A stretch of DNA of 49,261 bases. Source: Candidatus Micrarchaeota archaeon (GTDB lineage Archaea > Micrarchaeota > Micrarchaeia > Anstonellales > Bilamarchaeaceae). Below the pieces are notes generated by a model, which did not search any database, had not been told where the DNA came from, and was given only the letters and a program-made list of their open reading frames with translations. Location of the stretch: positions 1 to 49,261 of the forward strand of contig JBBITJ010000005.1 in assembly GCA_037440825.1 (NCBI GenBank), read 5' to 3'. A program made the translations under genes and the position numbers. Positions within the stretch are counted from its first letter, which is position 1. Each line of letters starts with the position of its first letter. Below are positions 19,112 through 28,297 of this stretch, piece by piece.

Positions 19112-20095
19112 ATGAAGTGCATATTGGGCGGAACATTCAACATCCTGCACAAAGGGCACCGCAAATTGCTGGAAGCCGCGCTCGCGTTCGACGAATTGGA
19201 AATAGGGCTCACGAGCGACAGGTTCGCCAGAGAAATCAAGAGCTATCCGTCAGTCCCTTATGGGAAAAGGAAATCCAATCTAACTGCGTTCCTGGAGTCC
19301 GTGCTCAAAAAATCAAAAATCGAATTCTCGATAAAGCAAATAGACGACAAATACGGCTTCGCGCACAAGAGCGACGCAGACGCGATAATCGTCTCGCAGG
19401 AAACCGAAGCTGCGGCGCAGGAGATAAATGCTTTGCGTCTGCGCCTCAGGCGCAAGCCGCTGAAAATAATTTCCGTTCCAATCTCCTACGCAGAAGATTA
19501 CCTGAAAATCTCCTCGCAGCGCATCCACGAAAAGAAGATAAATGCGGAAGGCAAACGCCTCAAGCCCGTGCTCTTCGCTCTCGGCACAGTCAATCCGAGC
19601 AAGAAGGAAGGCGTGGAGAACGCAGCGAAAAAGCTCTTCAAGAAATTCAAGGTGCAGGCCCTGAAGGTGAAGAGCGGCATAAGCGAGCAGCCGTTCGACG
19701 AGGAAACCGTGGAGGGCGCGATGAACCGCGCGAAAGCAGCCTATTACACCACTGGCGCTGATTTCGGAATCGGGATAGAGAGCGGCATATTCAAACTAGG
19801 CGAATTCCTTCACGATATTGCAATCTGCGCCATTTTCGACGGCGAACGCACCACTCTTGGAAACAGCATGGGCTTCCAGATGCCGCCTCAGACGCTCCAA
19901 TTGCTCTCGCAGCACAAGGATTTGGGCGCTGTGATGGAGGGGCTTTCCGGAATAGAAAAGATAGGGTACAAGAAAGGCGCGATCCACTATCTGTCCGCAG
20001 GCCTCCTCGACCGCCAGATGATGAACGAACAGGCATTTTTGTGCGCGATGATCCCTCGCATCTCCGAAGCGAAAGGGGTTTTCAGGTACTTCTAA
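19112..20095 (+). CDS. coaD: Bifunctional phosphopantetheine adenylyltransferase / inosine-xanthosine triphosphatase (YjjX)
   Basis: GGTFNILHKGH, IIVSQET, ISSQRI; then GTVNPSK, SEQPF...GAMNRA, GIGIESG. Confidence 0.9.
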   Translation: MKCILGGTFNILHKGHRKLLEAALAFDELEIGLTSDRFAREIKSYPSVPYGKRKSNLTAFLESVLKKSKIEFSIKQIDDKYGFAHKSDADAIIVSQETEAAAQEINALRLRLRRKPLKIISVPISYAEDYLKISSQRIHEKKINAEGKRLKPVLFALGTVNPSKKEGVENAAKKLFKKFKVQALKVKSGISEQPFDEETVEGAMNRAKAAYYTTGADFGIGIESGIFKLGEFLHDIAICAIFDGERTTLGNSMGFQMPPQTLQLLSQHKDLGAVMEGLSGIEKIGYKKGAIHYLSAGLLDRQMMNEQAFLCAMIPRISEAKGVFRYF

Positions 20096-20604
20096 TCCTC
20101 TACTCTTTCCATAGGGCTGTAGCACCCGTTCTGCTGGCAGTCAGTCATCTTCTCTTCCAGCTCGTTCTTTATGGAATCTATTCCCCAGCCGTACCAGTCG
20201 CCCACGTACACCATGGGCACGTAGAACTGGTCCTTCGGAACACCGTAAGCGTCAGCGAATCTTTCATACATCAACCAGCCTTCGCCAGTGCTTATATCGT
20301 ACTCTATCCAAGCGGAACTTTCGTTGTACGTGGATTTGAGCTGGAGCACCCATTTCCTCAGCTCCACGCACGCCGAGCACCCTTCCTCGTAAAAATAAAC
20401 AACTGTCACATTCCCTTTCTCCAATTCGAGATTGTCGAAAATGGAATCAGCGCCGCTTTCATCCACGTCCGCGAAATCCCCCCAATCTCCGGAAGGGTTC
20501 TCCATGTTCAGCACATCTGAAAAGTCAGGACCTTTGGCCTGCTGTTGGCTGGCGCATCCGAAAAGCGCAATCAGAGCGAGAAATGCCGCGAACGTGAATC
20601 GCAT
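20092..20604 (-). CDS. Thioredoxin-like lipoprotein
   Basis: Lipobox LFGC; YFYEEGCSAC; cis-Pro VP motif. Confidence 0.75.
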   Translation of the reverse strand: MRFTFAAFLALIALFGCASQQQAKGPDFSDVLNMENPSGDWGDFADVDESGADSIFDNLELEKGNVTVVYFYEEGCSACVELRKWVLQLKSTYNESSAWIEYDISTGEGWLMYERFADAYGVPKDQFYVPMVYVGDWYGWGIDSIKNELEEKMTDCQQNGCYSPMERVED

Positions 20605-20867
20605 AATCCAACATAGCGTCCAAAATTTTAAGATGCTTGCCAAAACCCCAAATAGCGTATTTGACGATGGTGTGCGCGAGTGCTCTATGCATCGCGCGCA
20701 CTCGGTTTGGGTGCGTAAAACAAAGTTCCCAGAAGGAGCAAGAATATTCGTGCTTTATTGCCTCTTCTAACCCACTGGAAAGCACCCCTTCCTTTATTAT
20801 TATATATAGTATATCTTATATAAGAAAAGAACGGAACCTCTTTCGGGCTCCAAAAACGGTGAATAAA

Positions 20868-21113
20868 ATGGTAGACGAGGACTTTGAAGAAGTAAGCGGA
20901 AGCGAACAGCAGCAGGAAACCCAGGGCGGAGGAAAGCGCCCGGAGCTGCGCGTGGTCCAGCCCGTGACCGACCGCGACGGGAAAACTATTTTCAAGAGCG
21001 TGGGCGGGATGTGGAAGAACGTAAGCAAGAACGGCAACGAGTTCTACACCCTGAAAATAGGCGAGCTCAAGCTCCTAGTGTTCCCCAACACCCCCCGAGA
21101 CCAGTCGTTCTAA
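20868..21113 (+). CDS. Small DUF736-like protein upstream of radA
   Basis: VGGMWKNVSKNGNEFYTLKI...LVFPN; acidic N-terminus; SD-like GGTGA before ATG 20868. Confidence 0.6.
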   Translation: MVDEDFEEVSGSEQQQETQGGGKRPELRVVQPVTDRDGKTIFKSVGGMWKNVSKNGNEFYTLKIGELKLLVFPNTPRDQSF

Positions 21114-21136
21114 TGAAAATATGAAAGGCGATCAGC

Positions 21137-22117
21137 ATGGCAGAGAAAAAAGAAAAAGACGAAAAGGAATCGAAGTATGTGAAGTACGAAGACCTTGAGG
21201 ACCTTCCGGGAATAGGTCCCGCGACAGCGGAAAGGCTGAAAGCCGCAGGATACAAGGACATCGCGAGCATAGCTTCCGGAACACCGCACGAGCTTGCCGA
21301 AGTCGGCGATTTCGGCGTGGAAGCCGCGAAAAAAGCGATAGAGGCGGCGAAATCCTCCCTTGAAATAGGGTTCGAGACCGCTGACCAGGTGTTCGAAAGG
21401 AGGAAGAACATCGGCAGGATAAAGACCGGCTCCCAAGAGCTCGACGAGCTGCTCGGAGGAGGGGTGGAAACCCAGTCCATAACCGAATTCTTCGGCAGGT
21501 TCGGCTCAGGAAAATCCCAGGTTGGATTCCAGCTCGCGGTGAACGTGCAGAAGCCTGTCGAACAGGGCGGGCTCGGAGGTAAGACGATATTCATAGATAC
21601 AGAAAGCACATTCAGGCCAGACAGGATAATGCAGCTTGCCGAAGCCCAGGGGCTCGACCCGCAGGAGGCGCTGAGGAACATATACATCCAGCGTGCAGAA
21701 AATTCCGACCACCAGATGCTTCTCGCTGAAAGGGCGGAATCCCTGATAAAGGAGAACAACGTGAAGCTCATGATAGTGGATTCGCTCACTTCGCACTTCC
21801 GCGCGGATTACGTTGGAAGAGGCGCGCTTGGAGACAGGCAGCAGAAGCTCAACAAGCACATCCACCTGCTCCAGAAGCTCGCGGACAAGTACAACATCGC
21901 AATCTACATCACGAACCAGGTTATGGACAATCCTGCGATAATGTTCGGCGATCCAACTACTCCCATAGGAGGGCACGTGCTCGCGCACGCCGCAACCTAC
22001 CGCGTCTACGTGAGGAAGAGCAAGGAAGAAAAGAGGATTGCAAGGCTCATAGACTCCCCCAACCTTCCTGAAGGCGAGCGCGTGTTCAAGGTCACCCCTG
22101 AAGGGATAAAGGACTAG
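21137..22117 (+). CDS. radA: DNA repair and recombination protein RadA
   Basis: LEDLPGIGP Hh[32 protein letters not shown]. Confidence 0.98.
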   Translation: MAEKKEKDEKESKYVKYEDLEDLPGIGPATAERLKAAGYKDIASIASGTPHELAEVGDFGVEAAKKAIEAAKSSLEIGFETADQVFERRKNIGRIKTGSQELDELLGGGVETQSITEFFGRFGSGKSQVGFQLAVNVQKPVEQGGLGGKTIFIDTESTFRPDRIMQLAEAQGLDPQEALRNIYIQRAENSDHQMLLAERAESLIKENNVKLMIVDSLTSHFRADYVGRGALGDRQQKLNKHIHLLQKLADKYNIAIYITNQVMDNPAIMFGDPTTPIGGHVLAHAATYRVYVRKSKEEKRIARLIDSPNLPEGERVFKVTPEGIKD

Positions 22118-22169
22118 TTTTCTTTCCGTTTTGTTTTCGCCCTTCGTTCTTTGGGGCGGGCTCTCACTT

Positions 22170-22433
22170 CTAAATATTGGCGAAATCCTTAGGTCCCTTT
22201 CCCCTGGGGAATATCTTCTGCCCCGCGCTCTTAACAGGAAGCTGGTTCTCCTCAGCCACCCTTACCATCTCGTTTATCGGAAGGCTCCTAGCGCAGGAAA
22301 GGTAAGGTATTTTTCCAACCGGCCCATCTTCCCTCTCGACAACAAAATCCTGCCTCTGCCTTATCCCGGCTATGGTGACATTCAGCGTCACTTTCCCGAT
22401 TTGCAGAATCTGTTCCCTATCCATGTCAAACAT
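22170..22433 (-). CDS. Hypothetical protein (87 aa)
   Basis: Operonic ORF overlapping the NAD kinase stop; natural protein composition. Confidence 0.65.
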   Translation of the reverse strand: MFDMDREQILQIGKVTLNVTIAGIRQRQDFVVEREDGPVGKIPYLSCARSLPINEMVRVAEENQLPVKSAGQKIFPRGKGPKDFANI

Positions 22434-23124
22434 CCACGAAATTTATTACTCTGTCTCCAATCGCGCTCACAACTTCGCCTTCCGCGAGCTCGATCACCTG
22501 CTGGCCGTCCAGTATCAGGTCCGCCGCCCCCCTGGTCCTCACAGTTATCTCTGAAGCCACTGGCGCGAGCCTGGGCTTGAAGCTCCTCAGGTACGGGCAT
22601 ATCGCAACCACTTCGACGAGGAAATTCGATTTCTCTATCGTGAATCCGCCTGCTGAATAAGCGTATCCGCTCGCCCCTGTGGGAGTGGATATTATCACCC
22701 CGTCCCCTCCGAACCTGAACGTCTCCTTCCCGATAACCACTTCATTCTCTATGAAGTTGTGCTTCCTCGAATGCACTACTGCGTCATTGAGCGCCCATCC
22801 AACATCCTTCCCGTCTATTTTCACTGAAAGCGCAGTCCGTTCCTCCACTTCCAGCTTCTTCATCTTCATTATCTTCTCGATTGCGGGCTTCCAGTTGCCT
22901 GAGTTCGCCTGGCACACCTTGCTCCTCTCGCTCCCGATAGCGAAAACAGCTCCGTGTACGTTTCCCTTGTTGTAGAATATCGTCCCGTCTCCCCCTATGA
23001 GCACGCACACGTCCTCCCTGGCGGAAACGAGCTCCTGCTTCCTGGATTTGAGCAGCTGCTCAGCCTCCTTCGCGACCTTTGCAGCCCATTCTTTGGCAGG
23101 ATTGAAAATTATCCTGAATCTCAT
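22426..23124 (-). CDS. nadK: NAD(+) kinase
   Basis: GGDGT, ALND, DGVIISTPTGASGYAYSAGG. Confidence 0.92.
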   Translation of the reverse strand: MRFRIIFNPAKEWAAKVAKEAEQLLKSRKQELVSAREDVCVLIGGDGTIFYNKGNVHGAVFAIGSERSKVCQANSGNWKPAIEKIMKMKKLEVEERTALSVKIDGKDVGWALNDAVVHSRKHNFIENEVVIGKETFRFGGDGVIISTPTGASGYAYSAGGFTIEKSNFLVEVVAICPYLRSFKPRLAPVASEITVRTRGAADLILDGQQVIELAEGEVVSAIGDRVINFVDV

Positions 23125-23128
23125 GCTA

Positions 23129-23515
23129 TCATTGGAGTGCTTGCACGTAGACCTTCCGGTTCCTGGGTCCGTCGCCTTCCACAAGCAGTATGCGCTGCCA
23201 GCTCCCCAGCGCTAGTTTGCCGTTATGCACGGGGACCACCACGCTCGTGCTTATGAGCGCGGAAAGCAAGTGCGCTTCGGCATTACCGTCAACCTTGTTG
23301 TGCCTGTAATCCGCCTTAGGGGCTATCCTGTTGAAAAAGTCCTTGTAATCCTCCTTTATGTTCGGCTCGTACTCGTTTATCGTGACTGCTGCGGTGGTGT
23401 GCGGAACGAAGACAAGGCACGCGCTGCCCTCCTCGTCCTTCATCGCCTCCTTGACGAAATGCGTGATGTCCAGCACTTCGGTCTTTGCCCTGGTCTTCAC
23501 CATGAACTCCTCCAT
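23129..23515 (-). CDS. yjbQ: YjbQ/UPF0047 family protein
   Basis: FVPHTTAAVTINE, NAEAHL, LGSWQRI...DGPR. Confidence 0.93.
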   Translation of the reverse strand: MEEFMVKTRAKTEVLDITHFVKEAMKDEEGSACLVFVPHTTAAVTINEYEPNIKEDYKDFFNRIAPKADYRHNKVDGNAEAHLLSALISTSVVVPVHNGKLALGSWQRILLVEGDGPRNRKVYVQALQ

Positions 23516-24025
23516 CTAATCCCCTTTTTTCTTCTTTATCATTCCCATCACAGGGTGGCTGCCGAAGATCCTGGTGTAGTTCTTTATGAATGCGAGGAAC
23601 GCCTTGGGCCTTCCTATGACCATCTTCCCATCCATTTTCCTCGTGGGGAACCCGAGCCGCATGAACAGCAGCTCGTCCGAGCTTCCGAACCTCTCCAGGT
23701 ACACGATACCCTGCTCGCTTATCCCTCCAACCGCGTCGAACACGCCCGCGAGGTAGTTCGCCGAATACTCGTTTATGTACTTGTACCTTTCCAGCTTGCC
23801 GTCCTCTATCTCCTGGAAGAATTTCCTGTACTTGCTGTGGTAGAAATAGATTTTCCATTCGTCGGAGAGCAGCTTGTCCGATTCGGTGAGCTTCTGCTCC
23901 AGCACCTGCTGCGCGAAAATCTCCTGCATCTTCTTGTTCCCCTCTATGCCCACTCCTTCCTTGCTGCGCCTCTTCGACCACAGCCCTATGAGGTATGAGA
24001 GTTCCGGGGTGAGCTTTATCTTCAT
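23516..24025 (-). CDS. Degenerate LAGLIDADG-like domain protein
   Basis: LTPELSYLIGLW and NYLAGVFDAVGGI resemble two LAGLIDADG helices. Confidence 0.6.
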   Translation of the reverse strand: MKIKLTPELSYLIGLWSKRRSKEGVGIEGNKKMQEIFAQQVLEQKLTESDKLLSDEWKIYFYHSKYRKFFQEIEDGKLERYKYINEYSANYLAGVFDAVGGISEQGIVYLERFGSSDELLFMRLGFPTRKMDGKMVIGRPKAFLAFIKNYTRIFGSHPVMGMIKKKKGD

Positions 24026-24040
24026 CAATATCACACTTGC

Positions 24041-24502
24041 TCAATGAACAAGCTTTTCCTTCTCTTTCTCCTGCTGCTTCTGCTCAGGCAGGACTTCCTC
24101 CTTCTTCGGAACCACAGCCGCCTTGCTCATCTGTGCCTTGAGCTCCATCGTGAGCAGCTCGTCAACGCTCATCGCGAACTTCCTTGCCGCCTTCGCGGAG
24201 AGCGAATGCCTTGCGAATATTCCTTCTAGTTCTTTCTTCTCCTCGGCGGAGAATGGCTCCTTGCCTTCCCCTGCACGCCTGTCCGCGGATTCCAGCAGCG
24301 CCGCGAACCTCTTCACATCCGACTCGCTCTGCTCTCCTCCTGCAAGAGTGGAGAGTATGGCCCTTGAGATGATAATATTCCTCTTTTCTGTCCTGAGAAG
24401 CAGCCTTTCCACAGCCCTGGTGTCCTTTTCACCCAGCTTGCCCATGCGCAGCGCGTGCACAACGCGATTCGCAAAAGCCACGAACGAATCGTTGACGTTC
24501 AT
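24041..24502 (-). CDS. Hypothetical helical protein (153 aa)
   Basis: ORF with upstream TATA-like TTTAAA at ~24532; first gene of a minus-strand run. Confidence 0.6.
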   Translation of the reverse strand: MNVNDSFVAFANRVVHALRMGKLGEKDTRAVERLLLRTEKRNIIISRAILSTLAGGEQSESDVKRFAALLESADRRAGEGKEPFSAEEKKELEGIFARHSLSAKAARKFAMSVDELLTMELKAQMSKAAVVPKKEEVLPEQKQQEKEKEKLVH

Positions 24503-24675
24503 TTATATCGGAATAGTGATGTTCTAAATCCTTTAAAACCCTTTTCTACCTAAATATCCTTAGTGGACCCAGGTGAGCCCCGGGTCCCGGGTTTCGAGTT
24601 TTGCATTCCAAACTGAAAACCGCAGGCTGGAAACCGCAAATGAAACCCGTTCAACCCAAAAAGCGCCTGCTTTCT

Positions 24676-24906
24676 GGGCCCGTAGCTCATCCAGGTTAGA
24701 GCGATGGTCTTATATGGCGTCCTCTAATACATGTTATTAGATGACTGTCTGAGCTAGCCATAGGTTCGGAGTTCAAATGTCAGCCCAAGGGGGCAAGCCC
24801 CCTTAGTCCGACACCACCCAAACCCCCAAATTTGAGTGGTATCACGTTTCTCGTTTCCGGCAAACCGGAAACTCGAGACAGGAAACTGAAATTCTCCGCG
24901 GGCCCA
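24676..24906 (+). tRNA. tRNA-Ile(UAU) with introns at 37/38 (24715-24755) and 59/60 (24778-24892)
   Basis: Acceptor GGGCCCG/CGGGCCC-A, D arm GCTC/GAGC, anticodon arm ATGGT-CT-TAT-A...A-GCCAT, T arm CGGAG-TTCAAA...T-CTCCG. BHB helices CTTA/TGAG and TTCA/TGAA. Confidence 0.92.
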
Positions 24907-24992
24907 ATTTTCTTCTGTTTCCAGTCTTCAGTCTCCAGTTTCGCATGGGGAAAACAGGGGGCGCAGCCAGCAGGAGACAACTCCAATTTTTC

Positions 24993-25757
24993 CTACTTGT
25001 TTCCCGTTCCGGGTTTCGAGTCCCCGGCTTTCTCCTTCGGCTCCTGCTCCTTGATTATGCCAGCTATGATGTCCTGGTTGGGCACCTTCTCCACCTGCCT
25101 GGGCGCAGGCGGCTGGACCTGAGGAGCGAAAGGCGCCGCAGGCTTCTGCTGCACCTTGGCCGCCTCCTGCCTCTTCCTCACGATATAGAATCCATACGCT
25201 TGGAGCGCAACTGTGGCGATTCCGAGCCCCACCATCGCTATTTCCGAGATGTTCACGAACGTCTGCCTGCCCACTTTGGTGAAAAGTCCATTTGCCTGCA
25301 TTACGAAATGGTAGAACGCGAATATGAACGCCACGTAAGCGAGCCGCTGCACGTTCTTCCAGTTCGGCACGTTTTTCACAGCCCAGTCCATGGAAGTCGC
25401 AGCTAGAACCACGAATATCACAAGCGCCAGGAGAGCGTAAATTCCGGACTCTATGGCGAGCACGGATTGGAGCTGCCCTCCATACGTGATCAAGAAAGAT
25501 ATCGCGAAATGCCCGAGCACGAATGCGAACGAGGCGATTCCGACCGCCCTCCTGTGCGCAAGCAGGATCGCGAACTCCTTGGGCGCGATTATCGCCAGCG
25601 GCCCAATCATTAGCGAAGCGCAGAGCAGCAGGAACCCGCCGAGCCCCAGGAACCTCGCGACAGCCGTGGATGGAGGCACGTCGAAGAGCGCGTTGTACGC
25701 CGCGAGCGCAGCCAATGCGGCAACCATGACCATCCAGAGAAAGCTTCCCTTGTCCAT
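24993..25757 (-). CDS. Ferric reductase-like transmembrane heme protein (MsrQ/YedZ-like)
   Basis: SLMIGPL, HRRAVGIASF...LGHF, LAATS, WKNVQRLAY...YHF. Confidence 0.8.
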   Translation of the reverse strand: MDKGSFLWMVMVAALAALAAYNALFDVPPSTAVARFLGLGGFLLLCASLMIGPLAIIAPKEFAILLAHRRAVGIASFAFVLGHFAISFLITYGGQLQSVLAIESGIYALLALVIFVVLAATSMDWAVKNVPNWKNVQRLAYVAFIFAFYHFVMQANGLFTKVGRQTFVNISEIAMVGLGIATVALQAYGFYIVRKRQEAAKVQQKPAAPFAPQVQPPAPRQVEKVPNQDIIAGIIKEQEPKEKAGDSKPGTGNK

Positions 25758-25762
25758 AGATA

Positions 25763-26194
25763 TCAACCTTCACGCCCTGCCGCATCGAGGGGCTGGCCGA
25801 GCTTCCCGATGATGTACGAGTCGAGCACGCTGTCAGCATACCTAGAATGCCTGTGGCTTCTGTTCGCGCCGTGGTATATTTCGCTGGCGTCGGTTCCGCA
25901 ATAGTTCTTGAACTCGTCTCCAGCGGGATGCGTGACGTATGACGTAAGGTCTGCCACATTGCCGTCTATGACCATCCAGCAGTCCGAACTGGAGTTGTGC
26001 CTCGCTACCTCCTCAAGGGTTAGGATGCTGGGCTGTGCAGCGCTTCCGCCTTCGCTTCCCCTGAGCCCTTCTGCGGCGGGCAGCCCTGCGCTCGGCCTGA
26101 TCTGCGCAAGATCCACGGGGTTGGCAGTGCAGCCGGCAAGCAGCAGCCCCGCAAGCACAGCAGAAATTACCATGAACATTGAATGTGCGCCCAT
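25763..26194 (-). CDS. Cytochrome b5-like heme-binding lipoprotein
   Basis: Lipobox LAGC; LTLEEVARHNSSSDCWMVIDG...HPAG...CGTDAS...HS...YIIGKL. Confidence 0.9.
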   Translation of the reverse strand: MGAHSMFMVISAVLAGLLLAGCTANPVDLAQIRPSAGLPAAEGLRGSEGGSAAQPSILTLEEVARHNSSSDCWMVIDGNVADLTSYVTHPAGDEFKNYCGTDASEIYHGANRSHRHSRYADSVLDSYIIGKLGQPLDAAGREG

Positions 26195-26242
26195 GCGCTG
26201 ATTTACCGCTCCCAATTTAAATTAGTTTTCCCAAATTCCATC

Positions 26243-27166
26243 ATGGACGAAAAGCAGTTCAGGGACTACCTCTCGCAGTTCGCCGACGCGGACAAGATTC
26301 TCTCTGCGGAAGTGCGCGACACAATTCGCATAAACACCCTGAAAATCGCGAAGGAGGAATTCTTCGCGACAACCGAAATCGAAACAAAACCCACGTTCTA
26401 CGAATACGGGTTCTATGCAGAAGCGAAGCCCATGGAGCAGAACCCTGAGCCAGACGCCGCAAACGCTGAACCCTTAACCAGGAGCCGGAAGCCCCGCCTA
26501 GGCGCCACGTGGGAATACTTCCTAGGTTACATGCACACCCAGTCCCTCTCATCCATGATACCCTCGCTGGTCCTCAACCCAGGAGAGCGCGACCTCGTGC
26601 TGGACGCAGCTGCATCCCCCGGTTCCAAGACCACGCACATGGCGATGATGATGGGGAACAAGGGCGCGATACTCGCCAACGACGTGAACTGGGTGCGCGG
26701 CTCTGCCCTGTTCGCCAACCTCGCGCGCCTGGGGGTGCTGAACGTGAAGCTCACCGTCCGCGACGCAACGCGGCTGGGCATAAACTCGTATTTCACAAAA
26801 GCGCTGGTGGACGTGCCGTGCTCTTCCCTGTCCCAGCCGTTCGCATACAAGAAATTCACCCCCGACCTTTCCTACGAGATATCCAAGACGCAGATAAAGA
26901 TGCTCTTCTCCGCGTACGACGCTCTCGCGGACGGCGGAGAGCTGGTGTATTCCACCTGCACATACGAGAAAGGCGAGAACGAGGAAGTCCTGAAGCTCCT
27001 GCTGGAAAAGAGGCAGGACGCGAAGCTCGCCGGGCTGGGCGTGGAGTTCCCGCACGATTCCGGGCTCTCGGAATACGGGAACGAGTTCCGCAAGGTTGCA
27101 AGGATTTACCCCTATCACTTCAGCAGCGAGGGCTTCTTCATAGCCAAGGTCAAGAAAGGAGGTTAG
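26243..27166 (+). CDS. RsmB/NOL1/NOP2 RNA m5C methyltransferase
   Basis: VLDAAASPGSKTT, DVPCS, VYSTCT, ENEEV, GFFIAK. Confidence 0.93.
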   Translation: MDEKQFRDYLSQFADADKILSAEVRDTIRINTLKIAKEEFFATTEIETKPTFYEYGFYAEAKPMEQNPEPDAANAEPLTRSRKPRLGATWEYFLGYMHTQSLSSMIPSLVLNPGERDLVLDAAASPGSKTTHMAMMMGNKGAILANDVNWVRGSALFANLARLGVLNVKLTVRDATRLGINSYFTKALVDVPCSSLSQPFAYKKFTPDLSYEISKTQIKMLFSAYDALADGGELVYSTCTYEKGENEEVLKLLLEKRQDAKLAGLGVEFPHDSGLSEYGNEFRKVARIYPYHFSSEGFFIAKVKKGG

Positions 27167-27167
27167 C

Positions 27168-27596
27168 ATGTCCCACGTAACTACGTTCCGTGACTATCTT
27201 CAACGCCAATTCGGCATCGCCATCCCCAAGGAGGTCGTGCTCAACGAGCAGGAGGGCGTGATACGCGCATATTCCAAAACCGTGATGATGATGAAGCCCT
27301 CCGGCTACATGGGCTTCGTGGCAGGGAAGGTGAGCACTAAAGGGATCGAGGTCAAGGGGGAGTTCGTCCAGCTTTTCGGAAAAAGCGCGAGCCGCAACAT
27401 TCTCGCCCTGGACGAAGCGCAGGCGAAGGATTTCGTGGAAGCGGAATTCGTGCAGGCCGGGGAAGCGGGGGAAGGGTACAGGATCGCGAAATTCGGGAGG
27501 CACGTGCTGGGCGTGGGCAAGCTGCGCGAAGGAAAGTTCTACCCGGACTTCATCGGGAAGGGCAGGAAGCGCGTGGAGAATTCCATGAAGCCTTGA
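27168..27596 (+). CDS. Nip7/RsmF C-terminal-like PUA-domain protein
   Basis: QLFGKSASRNILALDEAQAKDFV...GYRI...VLGVG; coupled to the m5C methyltransferase. Confidence 0.65.
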   Translation: MSHVTTFRDYLQRQFGIAIPKEVVLNEQEGVIRAYSKTVMMMKPSGYMGFVAGKVSTKGIEVKGEFVQLFGKSASRNILALDEAQAKDFVEAEFVQAGEAGEGYRIAKFGRHVLGVGKLREGKFYPDFIGKGRKRVENSMKP

Positions 27597-27642
27597 TTCC
27601 CGGAATCCAAAAACTTAAATTCACTGCTGCAGGTGCAATCCT

Positions 27643-28272
27643 ATGCGCATGCACGTTTTCATAATCGCAATCGCCTCACTGCTGCTCGCCTTCGGCTGCG
27701 TTTCAGCCCCTGCAGGAGGGAAGAACGAAAGCGGAAGCGAAACCCCGCCCCAACTTCCTGATTTCGAGGTTTCGGTTTCCCGCGGACGCGGGTTGTCGCC
27801 TGTCGCGTGGAGCGATACGATAATCATCAGCTCGAACGGCACAGTGCGGCGCATGCACGCAGTGGGCGGATTCGTTGTAAACCGGACCATGGCACTCGGC
27901 GCGGCAGAGCTGGAAGAGGTGCGCAAGCAGCTCTCGGAGGCGGACCTTTCGGAGCTCGACGTGGAATACTCGTGCAGGCAGAACTGCCCTGCAGACCTTC
28001 CCGGCACGCGCATCAATATCACATACGGCGCAACAGCGAAGTCAGTCTACATCTACATGCCTGAAAGCGTGCCTACAATAATAATGCAGCTGGACAGGAA
28101 AGCCTACGAGCTCAGCCTGCGCTTCGGCGCGGAGCAGGGCGAATTCTGCGGAGGCATAGCCGCGTTCCAGTGCGCCGAGGGCCTGGAATGCGTGCTTGAC
28201 GGCGCGTTCCCCGACGCAGGCGGGATTTGCTCAGCGCCCGGCGGAAACCTGTCCGCGCTCTCTAATATTTAA
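27643..28272 (+). CDS. Secreted lipoprotein with C-terminal Cys-rich domain
   Basis: Lipobox AFGC; FCGGIAAFQCAEGLEC...DAGGIC. Confidence 0.7.
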   Translation: MRMHVFIIAIASLLLAFGCVSAPAGGKNESGSETPPQLPDFEVSVSRGRGLSPVAWSDTIIISSNGTVRRMHAVGGFVVNRTMALGAAELEEVRKQLSEADLSELDVEYSCRQNCPADLPGTRINITYGATAKSVYIYMPESVPTIIMQLDRKAYELSLRFGAEQGEFCGGIAAFQCAEGLECVLDGAFPDAGGICSAPGGNLSALSNI

Positions 28273-28297
28273 AACACCAACCAGCCAATCTATTCCC

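Noticed and set aside
20770..20790. Single ORB-like CCACTGGAAAG upstream of the radA operon
   Set aside because: An isolated weak match with no inverted partner.
23516..24025. Active mobile homing endonuclease or intein
   Set aside because: The catalytic motif is degenerate and there are no intein termini or host-gene interruption.
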